DNA from: Bdellovibrionota bacterium
Lineage (GTDB): Bacteria > Bdellovibrionota_C > UBA2361 > JBGSMV01
Assembly: GCA_044356455.1 (NCBI GenBank)
Contig: JBIKWF010000114.1
Span: 1 to 14,172, forward strand
Length of the DNA: 14,172 bases
Direction: 5' to 3'
Shown in pieces: positions 1 through 6,049 of the stretch. A program made the translations under genes and the position numbers. The notes under the pieces are model-generated. The model made no database searches and had not been told where the DNA came from. It worked only from the letters and a program-made list of their open reading frames with translations. Position 1 is the first letter of the stretch; each line of letters starts with the position of its first letter.

Positions 1-327
1 CAGGATCTCCCGGTGGTGAGCGCTTACCCTCCACTGCTCTCCATAGAGGAGGCTACCAACAACCAAATCACTACCAAGGAGTACCTAAGTCTCGTTGATG
101 CCACGGGACGAGTGGTTGTCGATGGCAAAGGGAGTATTCCAAGTAACCTTGAGGAGATTCTGGTTCGCCTCAATATCAAACCAAAGAGCTGGCTTGATAC
201 CACCACGAACTATCGCCACCGATTTCGAAGGATGGTCGGGCCCGCTCGGGCGCTTATCGAAGCTGCTGAGAAAGCGGGGAAGTGCTGGTTCCATGGAATC
301 AATGCGGCGCGTGTAGCCTTCTCTTAA
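1..327 (+). mobile_element. 3' part of a probable REP-associated/IS200-like Y1 (HUH) transposase; 5' end lies outside the window
   Basis: Frame is open from base 1 (CAG GAT CTC CCG GTG...) to TAA at 325-327. The segment YLSLVDATGR...KGSIPSNLEEILVRLNI...W...FRRMVG resembles, from memory, the C-terminal extension of long RAYT-like transposases (YLxLxDxTGR...G.IP...IL.RL). The catalytic HUH/Tyr region is not in the window. Confidence 0.6.
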
Positions 328-549
328 AAAGATTCACTTGCGCCTCCTCATTTTTAGTCTGTGAATGGCGATGGCTGCGTAAAGATGCCAGATTCGGTGC
401 CCGACCCAGCAGAATAACACTTCTTTACTTCACGTATTCTCAAACTCGCTGTGGGCTTTTCCCCGCTGGCAGTGTCTAGGAGCCTATCATCTATCTTTGG
501 AACTTGGGTGTCCCAGGGAGAAAGAAAGAGGGCAGATCTTAATCTAATG

Positions 550-578
550 TTCAGTCACACCTCTTCGAATGGTATGGT
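550..578 (+). promoter_or_regulatory. Possible sigma70 promoter for the ORF at 606
   Basis: TTCAGT (550-555), 17-bp spacer, TATGGT (573-578) preceded by TGn (extended -10). Weak match to consensus. Confidence 0.25.
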
Positions 579-605
579 TAGATACTCCTAGTGGAGGCTT
601 ACGAC

Positions 606-1136
606 ATGACCGAGCCGAAATTCGAAATAGAGACGAAAAGTTTCAACTCTGAGTACATGGAAGTCTTGTATCATGAACAAGACAAGATTCTTTTTCTCTC
701 CAAGGACGCGTTTTCCGATTCGAAGATTTTTCTAAGAGCCGTGTTTGGTCGTTTCAATCCGCCCCACGATGACGAGTCTCTGAGTGCCCCACACTGGCAA
801 ACTATCTCTGAGCGATTAGCTCGCTATTTCGGCTGTCAGGTTTCTCTCTCGCGTACCGGTGCAAAGTTCCGAGAGGATGTTTGGCGGGTTTTCCTTGATG
901 GGTCGGTAAAAGGGGTATTGAGGTGGCATGATAACGGGAAAGAGATGGATTTGCGGCGAATAGAAATTGCTCTCCCCTACTACGAGGTTGCTACTCAGAT
1001 AATTCTAGACCCTGAGCCCAAGTGGCTAAGCGGAGTTGCGTTAACAGAAAAAGAGCTTGCGCGTATGAAAAGCTACGTTTCAGAAATGCTTACGTTACGA
1101 AACATATCGGTTGAGTTCGTCGCTAATCCAGTTTGA
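606..1136 (+). CDS. Hypothetical protein, possibly a tandem Imm74-like immunity protein
   Basis: The ORF track starts at GTG 591, but GGAGG (593-597) lies 8 nt before ATG 606, which is the more likely start. FNPPHDDESLS...WQTISERLARYF and KWLSGVALTEKELARMKSYVSEML...VEFV both resemble the Imm74 C-terminal pattern as I recall it. Confidence 0.55.
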   Translation: MTEPKFEIETKSFNSEYMEVLYHEQDKILFLSKDAFSDSKIFLRAVFGRFNPPHDDESLSAPHWQTISERLARYFGCQVSLSRTGAKFREDVWRVFLDGSVKGVLRWHDNGKEMDLRRIEIALPYYEVATQIILDPEPKWLSGVALTEKELARMKSYVSEMLTLRNISVEFVANPV

Positions 1137-1309
1137 GACAGGTTTTCAGCGATAGTACCGCGACGCCTCTGCCAAATGTTGAAGAGTGGAATTCCACTGA
1201 AGTGCCGACATGCTGATAATTTTCTAGCTCCCCCTGCGGTCAGGCTACGGCGCAGCGGCTCAGGCGGGGAGACGAGACCGCAAATTACCCGCAAAGTCTC
1301 TCGGGCTAG

Positions 1310-1418
1310 GAGTGTGTCCCGTTAAAACATATATCTTCATTTTGGACACAATCCGTAGGTGGGCTGTCCCGCTGCCACCACAACATGTAGTGGTAGAAAT
1401 TTTCTACGGGACAGACTC
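1310..1418. mobile_element. 109-bp MITE-like/REPIN-like non-autonomous element
   Basis: Terminal inverted repeats GAGTGTGTCCCGT (1310-1322) and ACGGGACAGACTC (1406-1418) match at 12/13 positions (15/18 when extended). CTAG flanks both sides (1306-1309 and 1419-1422). No ORF of meaningful length inside. Confidence 0.6.
1346..1393. promoter_or_regulatory. Tandem NrdR-box-like motifs
   Basis: CCACAACATGTAGTGG (1378-1393) is a strong match to acaCwAtATaTwGtgt. A weaker ACACAATCCGTAGGTG (1346-1361) lies 32 bp upstream. Confidence 0.4.
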
Positions 1419-1468
1419 CTAGTTAGGACTCCAGGAAGTATAATTGCCCACCTCGAGCAAAATCTCGT

Positions 1469-1482
1469 GACAATTTCCCGAC
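1469..1482 (-). promoter_or_regulatory. Candidate FleQ/FlrA-type enhancer-binding-protein site
   Basis: Reverse strand reads GTCGGGAAATTGTC versus FleQ consensus GTCAnTAAATTGAC (11/14). It lies within an imperfect inverted repeat CTCGTGACA/TGTGACGAG (1464-1494), just upstream of a sigma54 promoter. Confidence 0.35.
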
Positions 1483-1522
1483 AGCTGTGACGAGCCCACT
1501 GCCTCTTATCAATAACTTACCT

Positions 1523-1539
1523 TAGGCATAGTAGTTGCC
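1523..1539 (+). promoter_or_regulatory. sigma54 (-24/-12) promoter of the motA operon
   Basis: TAGGCATAGTAGTTGCC gives GG(1525-26)-N10-GC(1537-38). RBS GGAGGA (1555-1560) and ATG 1569 follow. Confidence 0.65.
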
Positions 1540-1568
1540 ATAGGAAGGGTTGTTGGAGGACTACGCGC

Positions 1569-2360
1569 ATGCTCACAAGAACCTGGCAAACACCTTTTCT
1601 TTTCCGTGATGAAGTAGATCGCAGCGTTTTGTGGGGCTTCGGGGTCTCTGCGCTGCTCGTGGGCGGGGCGGTTCTTTTTAGCGGAAATATCGCGAATTAT
1701 TTCGATTTTCCGGGCTTTCTGCTGGTGGTAGGGGGAACTTTCGGAGCGACGCTCGCAAACTACTCGTTGCGTGAAATTGGCTATGCCTGGAAGGCATTTC
1801 TGCGTGTTTCTCAGCATGAACCAGCCGACCCGATCGATCGCATCGATCGCTTGGTTCGGCTAAGCCAAGCAGTAAGAACGCAGGGCGTTATGATTCTTGA
1901 TCGCGAAGCTGAAATTACTCGCGATCCATTCATTCGCACTTCGTTTGAGCTCGTCGTGGATGCAACGCCCGTTGATGATATTCGCCGAATTCTTGAGACA
2001 GAACTTAGGAGTTCCCACGAGAGATCCACGCGTGCGGTGCAGGTATTTGAGACTGCAGGAACTTTTGCCCCCGCACTTGGACTCATTGGTACTCTGGTTG
2101 GTCTTGTGCAGATGTTGGGCGCCCTCAATGATCCGACGACGGTTGGTCCTGCGATGGGCCTTGCGCTTCTTACCACGCTTTATGGTGCTATTCTCGCGAA
2201 TCTCATTTTCCTTCCTGTGGCGGGGAAACTTCGCCTCTTTAATGAAGAGGAGTGGCTCCTAAAATCCCTTTCTATTGAAGGCGCGATAAGTCTTGCAAAA
2301 CAAGAGAATCCGCTGGTGATGGAACAGAGACTCCAAAGTTTTCTACCCCGTAAGCACTAG
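1569..2360 (+). CDS. motA: Flagellar stator A subunit (MotA/PomA/MotP family)
   Basis: 263 aa with four hydrophobic segments. Motifs LLVVGGTFGA, APALGLIGTLVGLVQML and GPAMGLALLTTLYGAILAN..FLPVAGKL. Strong RBS. Confidence 0.95.
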   Translation: MLTRTWQTPFLFRDEVDRSVLWGFGVSALLVGGAVLFSGNIANYFDFPGFLLVVGGTFGATLANYSLREIGYAWKAFLRVSQHEPADPIDRIDRLVRLSQAVRTQGVMILDREAEITRDPFIRTSFELVVDATPVDDIRRILETELRSSHERSTRAVQVFETAGTFAPALGLIGTLVGLVQMLGALNDPTTVGPAMGLALLTTLYGAILANLIFLPVAGKLRLFNEEEWLLKSLSIEGAISLAKQENPLVMEQRLQSFLPRKH

Positions 2361-2378
2361 AGAAGGAGGCGCGCGCGC

Positions 2379-2876
2379 GTGGGATATTCAATTGCAACTC
2401 CGCAGCAGAGGCCTATCACGAGCGCCTTCATGGTCCAGTATATAGCCATGATCTTAATAATTCTAACCGTTATTGCTGGGGTGCTTACCCGCCGTACTGT
2501 GGTAGGTAGCGCCGCCCAGATTCCGCAAACAGCAAACGATCCATTCCTGGTTTCAAGTGCGCGTCCTATTTCCGATTGGTCTGATTTTCGGCCCATTCCT
2601 CAAGCATACCTGCAGTGTATGAGCGAGAATGAATGGACTCCCTTCCGCGAAGTTCTCTCTCAGCACGATTTGACGCTTGCGATTGAACTATTTGTCCCTT
2701 CCTTAACGGTTGGCTTTGCCGAAGCTGAGAATGTTCGCGGTCAGTTATTAAGCACGGTAATGAGCAGCGACGCGGTGCTTGTTTCGTTTGCAGCGCAGCC
2801 ATTCGGGTCTCCTTCATTTATGCGACATCGCTGGCTAAAGACGCTGGCCTCTTCGAAGGTTAGCGATGAATTCTGA
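2379..2876 (+). CDS. Single-TM membrane protein, possibly a degenerate MotB paralogue lacking the catalytic Asp
   Basis: AGGAGG RBS (2364-2369) before GTG 2379. N-terminal TM FMVQYIAMILIILTVIAGVL. C-terminal alpha/beta pattern reminiscent of an OmpA-like fold. The stop overlaps the start of the next gene. The coding call is more secure than the functional call. Confidence 0.7.
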   Translation: MGYSIATPQQRPITSAFMVQYIAMILIILTVIAGVLTRRTVVGSAAQIPQTANDPFLVSSARPISDWSDFRPIPQAYLQCMSENEWTPFREVLSQHDLTLAIELFVPSLTVGFAEAENVRGQLLSTVMSSDAVLVSFAAQPFGSPSFMRHRWLKTLASSKVSDEF

Positions 2877-3465
2877 CATTTCCGCCAATCTTAGTAGCCC
2901 CGGGCTTCAGAGCCCGTATCCGCAGGGAGGAGCGCCGCGTCAAAAAAACCAGGTCTGGCTGGTGACCTTTGGCGATCTTTTGACACTCCTTTTGGGTTTC
3001 TTCATCACGGTAATCGCACTCACACGAGAGGAAAATATAAGAGCTTCAAATAGGTTAGCTCCATCGGCGGCTCCTATAACTGCTCAAGCCGCGTCTGGCA
3101 TCCCGCTTGCTGAAGAGACTAGGGAAGGGTTGGGGCATGCTCCCTCGAGTAGGCCACTTCTCGTGCTCACGGATGAGCACGTGGCCGACCCGCGAAGTGC
3201 AGTGCTTGGAATGTGGCTAAGCGAGTGGATTGAACGTGGAGCCACCAAGTTCGAGTTCTCGATGTGCCAGGAAGGTGCTGAAGAGCTGAAGGTAGGCGAG
3301 AAGATAGCAGCCTTCCTCGAAGTGGCTCTGCCGCCTCAGATCGAGGTGCGCTTCTCGGATGTAGGAATTAGTTGCAGCGAACTTAGGGAACGCGCCCTTG
3401 GAGTTGAAAATGCTGCTCTTGCGCGGGTGGTAGTGCAGGTAAGTTTGGTTTCGAATCATGGCTGA
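2866..3465 (+). CDS. motB: MotB-family stator subunit with canonical TM segment but divergent periplasmic domain
   Basis: WLVTFGDLLTLLLGFFITVIAL is the MotB/PomB TM signature with the conserved Asp (D37). Only 199 aa. No GHTD or NxxLSxxRA motif. Confidence 0.8.
   Translation: MNSDISANLSSPGLQSPYPQGGAPRQKNQVWLVTFGDLLTLLLGFFITVIALTREENIRASNRLAPSAAPITAQAASGIPLAEETREGLGHAPSSRPLLVLTDEHVADPRSAVLGMWLSEWIERGATKFEFSMCQEGAEELKVGEKIAAFLEVALPPQIEVRFSDVGISCSELRERALGVENAALARVVVQVSLVSNHG
3095..3111 (+). promoter_or_regulatory. Intragenic sigma54 promoter candidate, upstream of fliL
   Basis: CTGGCATCCCGCTTGCT gives GG(3097-98)-N10-GC(3109-10). It is near-consensus and nearly identical to the flhB promoter. 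Confidence 0.55.
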
Positions 3466-4027
3466 AGAAAAGGAAAAGAAAGAAGAAGCCGCGCCGGCCT
3501 CTGCACCTGCAGCCGGTGGAGCGAGCATGCTGCTCAAGGTGGGACTTGGGGTGTCCATCCTTTTTGGCATCGCTGGGTTCGCTACGGCGGGAGTGGTGAT
3601 GGCGAAGAAGAAGGCAGCGGATGCTGAGGCGGCTGCCGTAGAAGAGGTGGCAAGCGACGCTGCCGAAGGTCATGGGGAGGATGCTGCAACGGAAGTTTCT
3701 GCAGAAGACGAGCTCGAAGAAGGTGAGCAGGTCATAGGAGCCATTTTCCCGCTTGATACCTTTGTCATTAATCTTAATGGTGGCAAGTACTTACGTGCGC
3801 AAGTTCGGCTCGAGTTTGAGGGCAGGGATGTTCCTAAGAGGTTCTATCCGCGCATTGTTCCCGTAAGAGACGAGCTTCTTGGGATATTAAGTTCGAAACG
3901 CGCAGAGGACCTTTTGACATCTCAAGGAAAGGACAATCTCAAGAAAGAGATAAAGGACAGTATTAACGAGCTGTTACGCAAGGAGGACGTTAAGAACGTC
4001 TACTTTACACAGTTCGTTGTCCAGTAA
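3458..4027 (+). CDS. fliL: Flagellar basal body-associated protein FliL
   Basis: Charged N-terminus, one TM and an acidic linker, then LDTFVINL..GKYLRAQVRLE, VRDELLGILS and VKNVYFTQFVVQ. Lies directly before fliM. Confidence 0.95.
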   Translation: MAEEKEKKEEAAPASAPAAGGASMLLKVGLGVSILFGIAGFATAGVVMAKKKAADAEAAAVEEVASDAAEGHGEDAATEVSAEDELEEGEQVIGAIFPLDTFVINLNGGKYLRAQVRLEFEGRDVPKRFYPRIVPVRDELLGILSSKRAEDLLTSQGKDNLKKEIKDSINELLRKEDVKNVYFTQFVVQ

Positions 4028-4063
4028 GGGTAAGTTTCTAACGTTGTTTTGACGGTTGATGGC

Positions 4064-5092
4064 ATGAATCAGGTTTTAACCCAAGACGAAATCAACTCGC
4101 TCCTCCGCGGTCTCTCCGACAGCGATGTGGAGCAGGATAGCGTTGAGGCCGTCGACAATAAGGTCAACGCCAAGAAGTTCGACCTCGCCAACCAAGAGCG
4201 CATCATCCGCGGTCGTATGCCGACCATGGAACTTATCCATGATCGCTTCGCGCGAAGTTTCCGTACCATTCTTGCAAAGTTTCTTGGAAGAACCTGCTTC
4301 GCCAACGTCGGCGGCATTGAGATGATCAAGTTCGGTTTGTTCATGAAGAAGCTTCCGCTTCCTTCTTCTCTGCACATCTTCCGCATGCCGCCTCTCCCTG
4401 GTTATGCCCTGATGGTGGTTTCTTCTCCCTTAGTATTTGGAATTATCGACGCCGTTTTCGGCGGTAGTGGACAGGGTAGAGTAAAGATTGAAGGCCGTGA
4501 GTATACCCCCATTGAGAACCGTCTCGTGGGTAAGGTCGTCATGATGGCGCTCGACATCCTCAAGGATGCCTGGGCACCTATCCATCCTGTTGATTTCGTC
4601 TACGTTCGTTCCGAATTCAATCCGCTTGCGATTGCGATAGTTCCACCCACGGATGTGGTTATCACGGTAAATATCGAAGTAGAGCTTGAGCAAGAAAGCA
4701 CGGTGCTTACTCTCTGCACTCCTTACTCAACAATTGAGCCTCTGCGCGGTAAGCTCGTCACTGGTTTCCAAAGCACACGCCTTGAAGTTGATAGTTCAAC
4801 CTCAAAGCGCATGGAACGCAGTATTCGCCAGACGATGGCAAACCTCAGTGTGCAATTGGCTCAGGGGTCAATTAAGACCAAAGAACTTCTCAATCTCAAA
4901 GTGGGCGATGTGATGACGATGGATACCAATCCATCGGACGAGGCTCTTGTTAAGCTCGAGGGCAGTCCAAAGTTTTACGCCTACTGCGGTACGTATCGCG
5001 GAAATCGCGCTGCTCGGATCACTCGTCCAGTGCCGGCACGTGATTTGATTAACTTGAAGAACAGGCAGGAGCTTCTGAAAAATGGCGGGTAA
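4064..5092 (+). CDS. fliM: Flagellar motor switch protein FliM
   Basis: MNQVLTQDEINSLL (CheY-binding peptide), RIIRGRMPTMELIHDRFAR, IEGREYTPIE and a C-terminal SpoA domain. ATG 4064 is preferred over TTG 4049. Confidence 0.97.
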   Translation: MNQVLTQDEINSLLRGLSDSDVEQDSVEAVDNKVNAKKFDLANQERIIRGRMPTMELIHDRFARSFRTILAKFLGRTCFANVGGIEMIKFGLFMKKLPLPSSLHIFRMPPLPGYALMVVSSPLVFGIIDAVFGGSGQGRVKIEGREYTPIENRLVGKVVMMALDILKDAWAPIHPVDFVYVRSEFNPLAIAIVPPTDVVITVNIEVELEQESTVLTLCTPYSTIEPLRGKLVTGFQSTRLEVDSSTSKRMERSIRQTMANLSVQLAQGSIKTKELLNLKVGDVMTMDTNPSDEALVKLEGSPKFYAYCGTYRGNRAARITRPVPARDLINLKNRQELLKNGG

Positions 5093-5438
5093 AGACGACG
5101 TTTCAGCAGGACTTGAAGGAGTTGCCTCGGCAGCTGACAAGGTCGCTGCGGCTGCCGGTTCGGCAGGAGCAAAGCAGCCTCGTACGCTAGACTTTATTCT
5201 CGATGTTACCTTGCAGGTGACGGTAGAGGTAGGTCGGGCGCGGATGACTATCCAAGATCTCCTCCAATTAGGACAAGGTTCCGTGATTGAGCTCGAGAAA
5301 TTGGCTGGTGAGCCTCTTGATATCTACGTGAATGGTAAACAGGTCGCCCGAGGTGAGGCAGTAATTGTAAATGAGAAGTTCGGTGTACGCCTTACCGACA
5401 TCATATCTCCAGATGATCGGTTAGAAACGCTCGCCTAA
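5082..5438 (+). CDS. fliN: Flagellar motor switch protein FliN
   Basis: LDFILDVTLQVTVEVGR...LLQLGQGSVIELEKLAGEPLDIYVNG...GEAVIVNEKFGVRLTDI. Overlaps the fliM stop. Confidence 0.97.
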   Translation: MAGKDDVSAGLEGVASAADKVAAAAGSAGAKQPRTLDFILDVTLQVTVEVGRARMTIQDLLQLGQGSVIELEKLAGEPLDIYVNGKQVARGEAVIVNEKFGVRLTDIISPDDRLETLA

Positions 5439-6049
5439 TGTTGGGTCGAGCCTCCCAAGGAAGGGGGTCCATGAGTAGTATTTTTGAAAGATATCATTCT
5501 TTAGCCTTGCGCGCGGTAACAGTGGCTTTCCTGCTACTTGTTCCTCACGCACCACTTGTGGCTGAGGAGACGGCTCAGCACGTTTCGGAGCAGACAATCG
5601 CATCTGCCTCAGAGAACTCTCACTCCTCCTCGGAAACGCAGGCAGCTCCCAAGCGCGATCTTCAGGCAGCGGTGGCATCCCTTCGTCAATCCCCCCAGCC
5701 CGAACCAGAGGTAAGCCCTTGGCCTCTCGCTAAAGGGCTCGCACTTTGTCTCGCCGTCTTCTGTGTCATCGTCTTCCTTTTAAAGCGCTTAAATCCTCAT
5801 TCCCTGCATTCCGGAAAACGGCGCCTTGCCGTGCTCGAGCGACTTCCCCTTTCACCTAAAAGTTCGCTTGTTTTGATTCAAGTTGATGGCCGCACAAGAG
5901 TCATTGCGGTGGGATCAGAGCAAGTCCAGATGCTCGATGGATGGGAGAAGCTACGCTCGCCAGCCCGTGAGTTCGGTGAAGTTCTTGCGACCTTACCAGA
6001 AGCTTCGACCGAGTTGGGAACGCGAGAACAGGGAAAGGGGGCGGCATGA
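5438..6049 (+). CDS. fliO: Flagellar biosynthesis protein FliO (alternative start ATG 5471)
   Basis: TM LAKGLALCLAVFCVIVFLLKR followed by LAVLERLPLSPKSSLVLIQVDGRTRVIAVG (FliO pattern). Located between fliN and fliP. TAATG overlap with fliN. Confidence 0.88.
   Translation: MLGRASQGRGSMSSIFERYHSLALRAVTVAFLLLVPHAPLVAEETAQHVSEQTIASASENSHSSSETQAAPKRDLQAAVASLRQSPQPEPEVSPWPLAKGLALCLAVFCVIVFLLKRLNPHSLHSGKRRLAVLERLPLSPKSSLVLIQVDGRTRVIAVGSEQVQMLDGWEKLRSPAREFGEVLATLPEASTELGTREQGKGAA

Noticed and set aside
282..479. 65-aa ORF after the transposase-like gene
   Set aside because: Overlaps the upstream ORF, has no clear RBS and no recognisable features.
1274..1310. CGCAAA...CGCAAAGTCTCTCGGGCTAGG resembles part of a c-di-GMP-I riboswitch upstream of motility genes
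   Set aside because: Only about 5 nt separate the two CGCAAA words, so the GNRA-capped stem cannot form, and no matching closing stem is visible. An Rfam scan would settle it.
1393..1407. GTAGAAATTTTCTAC resembles Cas12a repeat words (TTTCTAC/GTAGA)
   Set aside because: Single copy, arms in the wrong order, and no spacers or cas genes. Not a CRISPR array.
1569..3465. Interpreting the motA/motB-like genes as Zorya (ZorAB), ExbBD/TolQR or a gliding motor
   Set aside because: MotA has ordinary flagellar length and motifs with no long ZorA tail, and the genes are coupled to fliL-fliM.
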